Under the pieces are notes generated by a model, which saw nothing but the letters and a program-made list of their open reading frames with translations, had not been told where the DNA came from and made no database searches. Made by a program: the position numbers and the translations under genes. Shown here piece after piece: positions 21,401 to 30,358 of a DNA stretch of 64,000 nucleotides; within the stretch, counting starts at the first letter, position 1; the number at the start of each line of letters is the position of its first letter. The stretch comes from Thermoplasmatales archaeon (GTDB lineage: Archaea > Thermoplasmatota > Thermoplasmata > Thermoplasmatales > Thermoplasmataceae): positions 1 through 64,000 of the forward strand of contig DAIDBH010000010.1 in the NCBI GenBank assembly GCA_027310185.1, given 5' to 3'.

Positions 21401-21825
21401 TACTTTATGAAATCATTATAGATTGTCTTTGATGGTTCAAATTTCCTGTCAAACTGAGTTCGTGAAAGATACTGGTGATATTGTGATGAGTTTTTATCTG
21501 ATATATTTGACAGTAAGTTTTCCAGTGCTGAAATATTTGAAAATTCAAAGCTTACAAGAATATTTTCGCTGTTGTTACCCTCTGTTGCGTTAACTTCTTT
21601 CGGACTCTCTATATGGTATTTTTTGGATGCGCTAACATAGTTTCTATAAGGAACTAAATTTGAGAAAATGACACTATCATTCTCCATTGATTTTTTTTGT
21701 GAACCGGATGAATGGACAATCAGTCCTGAAATCTGCTCCTGTCCTGATAGTACTGCCATGGATGAAATAATAAAAACAAGAACCATAAGGATGGAAATGA
21801 TTTTTTTCATGCTTTTCAACATCAT
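18439..21825 (-). CDS. Membrane-anchored S53 (sedolisin/kumamolisin) serine-carboxyl protease with pro-domain and thermopsin-like/PEGA extensions
   Basis: Signal peptide, pro-kumamolisin-like YHQYLS...F, ENTLDME, SSGDAG, GTSVASP, SIQQN/YWIQNV segment, C-terminal TM followed by KRRR. Confidence 0.88.
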   Translation of the reverse strand: MMLKSMKKIISILMVLVFIISSMAVLSGQEQISGLIVHSSGSQKKSMENDSVIFSNLVPYRNYVSASKKYHIESPKEVNATEGNNSENILVSFEFSNISALENLLSNISDKNSSQYHQYLSRTQFDRKFEPSKTIYNDFIKYLQANGIDHITSYRGRSILTFSSTTQSVDNLFRVQTADFVNGSQNYYAATGIPEIPSFFNNQITSITGLSNYSQYVLGTNLNHKVMIQQNTSVNTLLQGSIISPACVGNTQYFYGPEFQSAYNEGTLFREYGYPTSSVEATILWGGEYNGTSMSTPYGNLVHDERVGSFVPSNVYGYFNETMPAGEPHPTVIGVPLNGAVSPGHLAQYDSTGANIENTLDMEMLGSTAPGSTIYNVYGNSSSYYNLDLAFNYILNPGSQKSKLNNVSVISNSWGGCNSNCTAYYEDVMESQARGITVLASSGDAGDNANSTKWVGTDVEFPSVIGYNNFGVVAVGGTSFKLNPVSLEIQSQENWYVPKGDTQLGGPYGTSSGIDTCLKEPVWQSDSSANNVIQGKGRGVPDVSAIANNTLLTISISGYTYDATNASYGGRFEYAWGTSVASPVTAGIIADIDFVLGENNDSRLGFLDPLLYKLGTEQFEKEVSNSTSGYIDTGIYNSTLPALPFLPVSTGRNHLYQARYGYSLLDGWGSINAYNLTVYVLNRNFRHNQSDLLGVDNNFTLKSLNVRSYNSTGSLNTFYNASIQQNLFLSNEMGQPLYWIQNVIYLNRTVSGGYVVNYTGWVNYPFFGIYQTSTVYHYTFPSGRIITLPHSFNISTQLINSGNPMNSYLKFFVNRQEIKMNVTGAAFIIGERNYSYYYQSKLIYNGPFPNNKYQGGLDPEFGLVGGPSGYLGTFSNSTSANVKSYVENEEGQWIIPRISPFNESIDQTGESATNLIYSQNGTGSYSIGIKSGSQEQGLVLYMATGKVKFIVNFIEANLTKGTVWNITFDGTAYSSDRNNITVYAANGTYSYHAWNTTLFYNQNFNKFISISGRNITVQIDYIRYSYIHGTVSPSDATLFFNGKLVKVSVNGHFNITTTYGSFVLKASSSGYNAKYLNITVQKGRSYGVNISLSESKQQSPNYIYLYLTLIVLVIIIAAAVVINSKRRR

Positions 21826-21877
21826 CAGTTAAAATATTCTGATCCTATAAAATGCTTCTGTGACATCCTCCCTCCAG

Positions 21878-22090
21878 CTAACAGGGAGCTTCCCGTTTCA
21901 TTGATCGGAGTTCCCATTGCTGGCAGAGCTCCGATCTCCACGGACGTGATTTTTGGAGTGCCCATCCTACGGCGATCAATCCGGCATTATGGATATTTAT
22001 TGCTGCTTTCAGGGTACGGTCCAATGTAATACTGCATACTTTGCAGTTGTATATGCGATCTGATAGTTTCAGTTCCTTCCTTATGTTACG
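21878..22090 (-). pseudogene. tnpB: tnpB C-terminal fragment
   Basis: ELKLSDRIYNCKVCSITLDRTLKAAINI resembles the TnpB Zn-ribbon and RuvC-III (DRD.NAA.NI), with the catalytic Asp lost. Confidence 0.8.
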
Positions 22091-22117
22091 AGGAAGTATG
22101 AAGGGGGCCACGACTTC

Positions 22118-22423
22118 CCCTTCCACAGTTCTATCTTAACTTCTGGGAAGTTACGCTGTATCTTCCTTGATGTTATTGTTTTGACTGCGTTGATGAATGT
22201 AAAGGAGAGGTGTGGTTTTGAAAAGCATGTGGAAGTGATCCATATCGCATTCTATGTCCAGAATATCAACATTGAATGTTTCTGCTATTTCCATGGTTTT
22301 TGTCCTGAGAAGATCCACGATGGCATCATTGGCAAATACCTTCCTCCTTTACTTTACAACCTGTATGAAGTGGTAGTATAATGAATATACAGAATGTGCC
22401 CCTTTATCCAGTTTATATGGAAT
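22118..22423 (-). pseudogene. tnpA: IS200-type Y1 transposase tnpA pseudogene
   Basis: Manual translation PYKLDKGAHSVYSLYYHFIQVVK*RRKVF...DHFHMLF (HUH motif), then a frameshift into FINAVKTITSRKIQRNFPEVK..LWKG. Start is ATT, stop at 22349-22351, catalytic Tyr helix deleted. Confidence 0.88.
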
Positions 22424-22619
22424 AGTTACTGTATTATATAATATATCATTAGGATTTAGTTCGCCTTCATCCTCTCTCTTGCGAAAGGGGACTTCTCGCC
22501 CACATATGTTAAACTGATTTCATCTATCGTTTTTCGTTTGATGTTTTAAATCTAGAATGGGTATAAAAATTAAAGATTCCATTGAAAATGGCTATATAAT
22601 ATAATTACACTACAGAACA

Positions 22620-25600
22620 ATGGTATTTTACAAACATGCGCCAGACATCATGGGTAACGAATTTCTTTTTGTTTCCAATGACAAGATCTGGGTAGGTGAT
22701 TTGAATAGTGGAACCTCAAGAGTTGTAGTGTCCAATGAAGGCATAATAAATAATGCAAGATTTTCTCCAGACGGAAATAAGATAATTTTCAGGTCAATGC
22801 GGGGTAAGGATGCATCGCTAGCCGATCTGTATGTGTATGACAGGGTCGGTGGCATTGTCAAAAGAGTCACTTTCCTTAACGGTAAAAGTGTCCCGAGAAG
22901 AATGTTCACAGATATAGCAGGATGGAAAGGAAGTACACCTATCATCTCAACAGATGCTATGTCATCCTTTGGGGCACTTACCTTCTTTTATGAACTTGAT
23001 GCAGACACGCTCAACCTGAGTCCCCTCAATCTTGGCCCCGGTTCTCACATAATGTTCCATGGAGACGATGTGGTCATAGGAAGATATACATATGATATGC
23101 CACACTGGAAGGGCTATAAAGGTGGAACCAGAGGTGTTATCTGGTCAGGAAAACAGGGAGGCAAATTCAGCAAGATAGTTGACCTGGATGGACATGTGTC
23201 ATCCCCATGCATCCTTAAAGATAGGGTCTTCTTTGTTTCCGATCACGAGGGAACTGGACAGATATATTCCATTGGAATAAAGGGAGGAAAATTGACAAAG
23301 CATTCAGACTTCAAGACATATTATCCGAGGCATCTTTCATCCAATGGGGTACTACTTATGTATTCAATGGGTGGAGAGCTATTCACACTGAACCCTGAAA
23401 AAAAGGAGGAGAAGAGGCTGGAGATCAGGATGAGTTCCGGGATAACTGTTCCCAGACCAAAGTTTCCGGATCCTGCAAATTATCTTGAGGAATATTCCCT
23501 GAACGGAAACGATGATACATATGGATTCGTCCTTAGAGGGAGGGGTGTCTTTACATCGGAAGAAATGGCTCCACAGTTACATATCCCATCACACGGAAGA
23601 GTTAGGCTGATCAGGTTCCTGGATGAAAAAAGGGTCTCTTACGTAAGGCAGGATAAGGATGGAGAATTTCTATGCATTTCTGAAATTTCAGATCTGTCGA
23701 AGCACACTCAGCTGGAGAAAAACATTGGATTGATAGATAACATATTTCCCTCACCGGATGGAAAGAAGATAGCGGTGACAAATATCCTGTTTGAACTTTA
23801 TATGGTAAACCTGGAGAATATGTCATGCGATCTGGTTGATGAAAGTGAAGCTGGAAAGATAAGGGATGTTGCATGGTCAAGTGACTCCAGCAGGATTGCG
23901 TATACGTTCCCGTACATGACTGGAGGATTCGGGCAGAGAGACGGTTCCATTGTTAAAAGTGCAATCCTTGATAAGATGGAGAAGAAGGAAGTAACAGAGA
24001 GAACAGCTAATGATTACTCACCATCCTTCGATCCATCCGGTTCCTATCTTTATTACCTTTCTGATAGAACGTTTGATCCAGTGGAGGACAGGGCAACTTT
24101 CAACTATTCGTTCCCCCTGATGACCAGACCGTATTACCTGAAGATGGACGATAGAGAGTTTTCACCTACGGTCAGGATACCTGAAGCAATGAAATTAAAA
24201 CCAGAGAGGGAGAACGCAGGCTCTTTTACTGACTCATTACCCATAGATTCTGGCAATTACAATTCCCTTAAGGCCATAAAGGGAGGACTGCTTTACCTCT
24301 CCTACAGGGCAGAGGGCCTGTTGAAGAACGCAGCTTCTGGAAGGCAGAGAGCTGGTAAACTTGTTTTCTTCAGTTTTGAAACAAAGAAACCAAAGACTGT
24401 TGCAGAAAAAGTCCTCGATTTCAGAGTTTCCAGGGATGAGAAGTCAGTCCTGATCAGGAAGGAAAAGAACAAGCTGTTCAGGCTGCAGGTGAAAATTACA
24501 AAGGATTTGGTGAGTGGCTTTGATGAGGAAAAGGAGATCCACCTTAAGAACCTGAAGATAAGGATCGAGCCCCAGGAGGAGTGGAGACAGATGTTCAACG
24601 AGACATGGCTCCTGGCAACAAGCTTCTTCTGGAAGGAGGAATTTGCAACGAGGAATGCGAGAGAAATATATGAGAAATATGAGCCACTTGTCAGCATGAT
24701 CACTACGAGATTTGAACTGTCTGAAATACTGAGAGAAATGCAGGGGGAGTTCAGGACTTCACATTCATATGAAACAGGAGGAGACTTCCTTTCTTCTGAT
24801 GCCATTCCCATAGGGCAACTGGGAGCTGATTTCCTCTTCAAGGGAAAGAAATACTACATAAAGAAGATCTATCACGGAGACCTCTCAAACGATAATGAGA
24901 AGAGTCCATTGCTTCTTGGTGGTTTCAGGGAAGGTGACGAGATCGTTTCAATTAATGGTGAATCCCCAGGAAATGAGGGAAAAACAATAGATGAAATATT
25001 ACTGAACCTACCTTCGGATATAATCAGGATTGACGTTAAAACTACTGACAAAAAGATGTTTTCCAACTACGTTAAAACCATTCCTGATGACAGGTATCTG
25101 AGATACAGGAACTGGGTGGAGGAGAACAGGAAGATGGTGCATGAAAAAACTGGTGGAAAGGTTGGATACGTTCATATACCCAACATGATGCTTGATGGAC
25201 TTGCAGAATTCTACAGGCTCTATACAAGGGAATTCAAGAGATTTGGCCTCATTGTTGATGTCAGGTTTAACGGAGGTGGGAATGTTTCGCAACTCGTCCT
25301 TGAAAAACTCATGAGGGAGAGAATTGCCCTTACCCACCCCAGAATGGGACAGGATTCTCCCTATCCATCATATTCTGTTGAGGGGCCAATGATTGCACTC
25401 ACCAATGAGAATGCAGGATCAGACGGGGATATATTCAGCCACTCATTCAAGTTGCTGAGCCTGGGACCGCTCATCGGCACAAGAACATGGGGAGGCGTGA
25501 TTGGGATAAGTCCTGAAAGAAGGCTTGCGGACGGCACTCAGGTGACCCAGCCAAGGTTTGGGATGAAGTTCAGGGATGTTGGATTTGGTGTTGAAAATTA

Positions 25601-25727
25601 CGGAACAGACCCCACTTATGAAGTAGAGATCAGCCCAGAGGACTGGAACAATGGAAAAGACGCACAAATGGAGCTGGCCCTGAGCAAAATAATGGAAATG
25701 ATCGAACTCAGCGAAAAGAAGAAATGA
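22620..25727 (+). CDS. tri: Tricorn protease (S41 family)
   Basis: PHWKGYKGGTRG, beta-propellers, TSHSYE, PDZ, DVRFNGGG, AGSDGD, RTWGG. Confidence 0.95.
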   Translation: MVFYKHAPDIMGNEFLFVSNDKIWVGDLNSGTSRVVVSNEGIINNARFSPDGNKIIFRSMRGKDASLADLYVYDRVGGIVKRVTFLNGKSVPRRMFTDIAGWKGSTPIISTDAMSSFGALTFFYELDADTLNLSPLNLGPGSHIMFHGDDVVIGRYTYDMPHWKGYKGGTRGVIWSGKQGGKFSKIVDLDGHVSSPCILKDRVFFVSDHEGTGQIYSIGIKGGKLTKHSDFKTYYPRHLSSNGVLLMYSMGGELFTLNPEKKEEKRLEIRMSSGITVPRPKFPDPANYLEEYSLNGNDDTYGFVLRGRGVFTSEEMAPQLHIPSHGRVRLIRFLDEKRVSYVRQDKDGEFLCISEISDLSKHTQLEKNIGLIDNIFPSPDGKKIAVTNILFELYMVNLENMSCDLVDESEAGKIRDVAWSSDSSRIAYTFPYMTGGFGQRDGSIVKSAILDKMEKKEVTERTANDYSPSFDPSGSYLYYLSDRTFDPVEDRATFNYSFPLMTRPYYLKMDDREFSPTVRIPEAMKLKPERENAGSFTDSLPIDSGNYNSLKAIKGGLLYLSYRAEGLLKNAASGRQRAGKLVFFSFETKKPKTVAEKVLDFRVSRDEKSVLIRKEKNKLFRLQVKITKDLVSGFDEEKEIHLKNLKIRIEPQEEWRQMFNETWLLATSFFWKEEFATRNAREIYEKYEPLVSMITTRFELSEILREMQGEFRTSHSYETGGDFLSSDAIPIGQLGADFLFKGKKYYIKKIYHGDLSNDNEKSPLLLGGFREGDEIVSINGESPGNEGKTIDEILLNLPSDIIRIDVKTTDKKMFSNYVKTIPDDRYLRYRNWVEENRKMVHEKTGGKVGYVHIPNMMLDGLAEFYRLYTREFKRFGLIVDVRFNGGGNVSQLVLEKLMRERIALTHPRMGQDSPYPSYSVEGPMIALTNENAGSDGDIFSHSFKLLSLGPLIGTRTWGGVIGISPERRLADGTQVTQPRFGMKFRDVGFGVENYGTDPTYEVEISPEDWNNGKDAQMELALSKIMEMIELSEKKK

Positions 25728-25789
25728 AACATTTCATTTCTAAAATAAATTTTTCCCACTAACTAAAGTAGATTAATTTTTCAGGAGTA

Positions 25790-26674
25790 TCAGACTCCCC
25801 TGAGGGCGAGTGCAATTATAAATCCTATTAGAACCCCGGTGTTAAGGAATGGCAATCCTGGAGCAGGTCTTTTAATGAAGCTGAAGAGGATGAACATTGC
25901 TATTATACCTCCAAGGAGCGGTAGTATGAAAAATGAAAGGCTGGAGGTGGTTGCCCCGGAGTAGAGGAATGATGAAATTACCATGACGTTTGGAATTGCG
26001 ATATCCCCGAAACCTATCATTATTGCACCTCTTTCCCTTCCCTCTTCTCGTGGTGTGTCTATATCTGCATCCTTCATGTCAAAGTTCATGTTTTCAGGCA
26101 CTATGAAAAATAATGGCATGTTTGAGGATGTTGTGGCTCTTGCAATATCAAGCATGTGTTTTGTCTTGTAAACTGCAATATAGTCATAGATGGCAAAAAC
26201 GATCATGAGAACAATTGCTGCGTAAAGCCCAAGATCTACACCCCATATGGCTGCCAGGCCGGCGGCCGTGAGGATTCCTGCAATATTTATAACAATCCAG
26301 TTCTGCCTGAAAAGGAGCAGGTAGAGGAAGAGTACAGGTGTTCCGAAACTAAGGAAATAATATTCAGGGTACGTGATTGGAAGAAGTGCATAAAGAAGAC
26401 TTGATACTATATAGATCACAAAAACCATGGACAGGACAAAAATAATCCTGAGTATTCCAAGCCTCTTCTTTTTTGAGATATAGAGAATCACGACTGACAT
26501 CAGTATAACTGCAACTATGAAATATATCACGTATCCAAATCCTGCAGAGGTGTTCTGGCTTGGGTTCGTAGGACTGACGCTCTCCAGCTCAAGTGCCATC
26601 ACGAGGCCGATCAGAGATGCCACCAGAAACAATACTGCTGTACCGATTTCTGTTGCTATTCTCCTGTTAAGCAT
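25790..26674 (-). CDS. Presenilin-family intramembrane aspartyl protease (PSH)
   Basis: IYDYIAV.KTKHM, GFGD, PGLPFL, about nine TM helices. Confidence 0.9.
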   Translation of the reverse strand: MLNRRIATEIGTAVLFLVASLIGLVMALELESVSPTNPSQNTSAGFGYVIYFIVAVILMSVVILYISKKKRLGILRIIFVLSMVFVIYIVSSLLYALLPITYPEYYFLSFGTPVLFLYLLLFRQNWIVINIAGILTAAGLAAIWGVDLGLYAAIVLMIVFAIYDYIAVYKTKHMLDIARATTSSNMPLFFIVPENMNFDMKDADIDTPREEGRERGAIMIGFGDIAIPNVMVISSFLYSGATTSSLSFFILPLLGGIIAMFILFSFIKRPAPGLPFLNTGVLIGFIIALALRGV

Positions 26675-29066
26675 TTTTTACACTCTTCCTGACTCTTTTT
26701 GTTTTAGTTGCACCTGAAGCTGGTCTTTTTGTACTCTTCTTCTGGATCGATGGTTTCTTCACTGCAGTACTTTTCACTTTTTCCATATCTGATTTTGGCT
26801 TTTTATTACTTTCGCATGATATGTTCGGACACATTTCCCTGAATCCGCTTCCGAAAGAAACAGCTATTATTGGTGCGTGACAGTATTCACATATCTTTCC
26901 TGTCATCTTAATTTCACCCTTCTGCGGGAGCGCATATGTCTGCCTGCACTTTGGAAAGTTTGAGCATCCAAGAAATCTCTTCCCGTATTTTGATTGCCTG
27001 ATTATCATGTGCCCGCCATCAAGAGGACAGAGACCGATGTCTTTCTTTTCCGTGTTGAACTTGCATGAAGGATCAATGCATAATTTTTCCGGTGATTGAC
27101 CTCTTCTTATCACAGTTATTACAGGTTTTCCACATACCTCACAGTTCTCTTCAGAAGGCTTGATCAATCCCCTAATCTTATGATAATAGTCAATACAGTT
27201 TTCCCTCTCACACCTGAACCTTATTGTGTCCCTGATCTTTATGGCCTGTATCTTTGTTCCATCAATATTGCATGTACCGACCACTGTTCCTGTTTCAAGC
27301 GCCCCCCTTATTATTTTCGCTATGGAATCCTTATTATTTTCCAGTTCCTCCAATACACTTGAAAGCATGTTCCTGGATGTTGAAACGACTGAATCCTTTG
27401 TTTTCTCCCCCGCAGCGATGTTGTTCATGAACGATTCTAGCTCTGCAGTCATATCAGGCTCAGCTATCTTTGAATCCACTGTTGTAACTCCCACTATGAG
27501 AGATGAGCCAAGGGCTGTTGGCCTGACAGGGTTACCTTCAATGAACCCCCTGCTCTGAAGCTTATCTATAATATCATGCCTCGTACTCTTCGTTCCAAGA
27601 TTGAGGTTTTCCATCTCCTTGATGAGCGAGGCCATATCAAATCTTGATGGTGGCTTTGTTTCACCTTCTTCATTTCTCCAGTTTTCAGCCTTTACTTTCT
27701 CGTCTTTCTCAAGATCGGGGTGAAAGATGTCCTTGAATTTTCTATATGTATATATTGACAGCCATCCAGGATCAACCACCCTCGTTCCGTTTGTCTTGAA
27801 ATCATAACTTTCAATAGCTATCTTTGATGACTTTACCTCCCTTGTACCTTCCCTGTAAAGTGTGGCCAGAAATCTCCTTGCTATGAGTTCATAGACCTTG
27901 GCTTCATCTGCTCTCAGGCTCCCACTCTTTGGAACCTCTGTTGGATAGATTGGTGGATGATCTGTTGCCTCCATCCTGCCCCTTGATGGGATTATTTTCT
28001 CCTGGGAAAGAACCATTTCAGCCTCTTTCTTCCATTCGCTATTTTTCAGCTTCTCAACAACGGCCTTGAGGTTTATGCTTCTCTGATATACCGTGTTGTC
28101 TGTTCTCGGATAGCTAATGAATCCCTTCACATATAGTGATTCGGCGATCTTCATTGCTCTTGACGGCATGACTCCTATTCTCGAAGCCTCTCTCATGAAC
28201 TCAGTTGTATTGAAAGGTGCAGGCTTGTATATCCTCTCCATTCCTTTTTCGAACTCCTTTACAATTCCATCCTTTCCGATGATGTTATCAAGGATTTCCT
28301 TTGCCCTTTTCTCATCCTTTATTCTTCCTTCCTCGTAAATACCGGTAAAAACATCATCCTTGAGAAAATCAACCTTGACCTCCCAGAACTTTTCCGGGAT
28401 GAAGTTTTCTATCTCTCTTTCCCTCTTAACGATCAGTCCAAGAGTGGGTGTCTGCACCCTTCCTATGGATAGAAAATTCTTTCCCAGCCTGTTCGTTATG
28501 AGTGAGAAAAACCTTGTAAGTACTGCTCCCCAGTAAAGATCGATCTCTTCCCTTGCAGCAGCTGAATCTGAAAGGTTATAATCCACATCTATGAAGTTTG
28601 CAAAAGCGTCCTTGATTTCCTTGCCTGTCAGGGCACTGAACTTTGCCCTTTTAATTTCTCCGTTGAAAGATTTGTCCTTCTTGACAATATCCAGTGCTTC
28701 TGTACCGATGAGTTCCCCTTCCCTATCATAATCTGTAGCAATTATGACTCTTTTGACGCCCACTGAAAGTGTTTTTAGACTCTCATAGGCAGTCTTGTTC
28801 TTTACATTATGAATGACGTTAGATGAAATGAGTTCTTTCAGGTTTTCCAGTTTCCAGTCCTTGAGTGTTTTTGGAAAATCAATTTCGACAATGTGCCCAC
28901 TCAGAGGGACTAGATAGAATCCACCAACGTCATTCTCATATTCTATGTAACTCAGGCCCTTGGATCTTTTCTGTTTTGATTTACCATCGGATAGAAAATA
29001 GGCAATTCTTCTTCCTGCATCAGCTTTCTCTGAAATTATTAATGTATCTGGCAATAGATATCCCAA
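26667..29066 (-). CDS. topA: DNA topoisomerase IA
   Basis: IISEK, ATDYDREGE, SIGRVQTP, ISYPRTD, GTKSTR, C-terminal Zn ribbons, Lys-rich tail. Confidence 0.95.
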   Translation of the reverse strand: MGYLLPDTLIISEKADAGRRIAYFLSDGKSKQKRSKGLSYIEYENDVGGFYLVPLSGHIVEIDFPKTLKDWKLENLKELISSNVIHNVKNKTAYESLKTLSVGVKRVIIATDYDREGELIGTEALDIVKKDKSFNGEIKRAKFSALTGKEIKDAFANFIDVDYNLSDSAAAREEIDLYWGAVLTRFFSLITNRLGKNFLSIGRVQTPTLGLIVKREREIENFIPEKFWEVKVDFLKDDVFTGIYEEGRIKDEKRAKEILDNIIGKDGIVKEFEKGMERIYKPAPFNTTEFMREASRIGVMPSRAMKIAESLYVKGFISYPRTDNTVYQRSINLKAVVEKLKNSEWKKEAEMVLSQEKIIPSRGRMEATDHPPIYPTEVPKSGSLRADEAKVYELIARRFLATLYREGTREVKSSKIAIESYDFKTNGTRVVDPGWLSIYTYRKFKDIFHPDLEKDEKVKAENWRNEEGETKPPSRFDMASLIKEMENLNLGTKSTRHDIIDKLQSRGFIEGNPVRPTALGSSLIVGVTTVDSKIAEPDMTAELESFMNNIAAGEKTKDSVVSTSRNMLSSVLEELENNKDSIAKIIRGALETGTVVGTCNIDGTKIQAIKIRDTIRFRCERENCIDYYHKIRGLIKPSEENCEVCGKPVITVIRRGQSPEKLCIDPSCKFNTEKKDIGLCPLDGGHMIIRQSKYGKRFLGCSNFPKCRQTYALPQKGEIKMTGKICEYCHAPIIAVSFGSGFREMCPNISCESNKKPKSDMEKVKSTAVKKPSIQKKSTKRPASGATKTKRVRKSVKNA

Positions 29067-29149
29067 TGTATTTTTATGATATATAATATTTTTTATTCAA
29101 TCCTCTTATTTTAGGAAACATTTAAAATTAGATTGAAATATGATGACTC

Positions 29150-30358
29150 ATGGCAGGAAAGATAAAAGAGATAGAAATATACAATGTAAGCGAGAAAACA
29201 TCTGAAAAATCATCACCATGGAGTTCTACCATGATCATTGTCAAGGTAACAACGAGTGACGGCATAGTTGGATACGGAGAGGCACCAACAACCCTGATGA
29301 CACTTCCAGTGAAGGAAAGTGCTGAGGAAGTAAAAAGGGTTTTCCTGAATAAGGATGTAAATGAAATCTACAAAAACACAATGGAGTTTTACAAGCATTC
29401 ATTCTATCTTTCAAGGTCCATGGAAGCTACATCAGCCCTGAGTGCTGTGGAAATGGCATGCTGGGATATAGTTGGGAAAAGCTGCAAGGAACCCGTTTAC
29501 AATCTTCTCGGAGGCAAGATGAGGGATAGTGTCAGGGCTTACAGCAATGGCTGGTATTCCGATTGTGTCACCGCTGATGACTTCGTAGACAAGGCAAAGG
29601 AGATAAGGAAGAAGGGTTTTGATGCCGTAAAGTTCGATCCCTTTGGAAATAATTATGATACAATTAACAAGAAAGGACTGGAAAGCGCAGAGAACATTGT
29701 TTCAGGTCTAAGGGAATCATTTGGGGACTCCATGGACCTGCTAATAGAATTTCATGGAAGATTCTCCATGGAAGCTGCAAAAAAGGCCACACAGATCCTT
29801 GAGCCATACGACTGCTTCTTCTTTGAGGAACCCCTTCATCCTGAACTTGAAATGAGGCTTCCTGAGCTGAGAAGTACTGTGAATACTCCAATAGCACTTG
29901 GAGAAAGAGTTCTTAATGCAAGAGATTTCATGAGGAATATTGTTGAAGGCAAGGTGGATATAATCCAGCCAGATGTAACGAACTCAAGAGGAATTCTTGA
30001 ATCCTTCAAGATTGCCACAATTGCTGATGCATGGGGAATTCCAGTGGCATATCACAATGCCTTTGGACCAGTCCAGACTGCAGCCACCCTTAACCTTGAT
30101 ACAACAATTAATAATTTCATCATACAGGAGAGTTTTGAGGAATCCTGGCCAGACTGGAAGAAAAAGCTGCTTAAAAGTGGATATAAGCTGGAAAACGGTC
30201 ATTTCAAGCTATCTGGGAAACCAGGTCTTGGAATTGAGATGGATGAAAAGTCTTTAAAGGATCATATGGTTAATGGAATGGAACCGTTTGATCCAGAATC
30301 ACCCCCATGGGTAGTGTCTGGTACATATGTAGGGGAGGGAACCGATGGAAAGCAATGA
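29150..30358 (+). CDS. gad: Gluconate/galactonate dehydratase (enolase superfamily)
   Basis: SSPWSST, YSNGWY, KFDPFG, IEFHGRF, EEP, GER, HNAFGP. Confidence 0.85.
   Translation: MAGKIKEIEIYNVSEKTSEKSSPWSSTMIIVKVTTSDGIVGYGEAPTTLMTLPVKESAEEVKRVFLNKDVNEIYKNTMEFYKHSFYLSRSMEATSALSAVEMACWDIVGKSCKEPVYNLLGGKMRDSVRAYSNGWYSDCVTADDFVDKAKEIRKKGFDAVKFDPFGNNYDTINKKGLESAENIVSGLRESFGDSMDLLIEFHGRFSMEAAKKATQILEPYDCFFFEEPLHPELEMRLPELRSTVNTPIALGERVLNARDFMRNIVEGKVDIIQPDVTNSRGILESFKIATIADAWGIPVAYHNAFGPVQTAATLNLDTTINNFIIQESFEESWPDWKKKLLKSGYKLENGHFKLSGKPGLGIEMDEKSLKDHMVNGMEPFDPESPPWVVSGTYVGEGTDGKQ

Larger units (their letters stand above)
21860..22507 (-). mobile_element. Internally deleted IS200/IS605-family element (tnpA and tnpB remnants, both ends present)
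   Basis: Minus strand: left-end hairpin at 22470-22491, tnpA remnant, tnpB 3' remnant, then right end GAAG-CTCCCT..AGGGAG-GATGTCAC. Left boundary is approximate. Confidence 0.85.

Noticed and set aside
22181-22381. 66-aa plus-strand ORF
   Set aside because: Antisense shadow of the tnpA pseudogene
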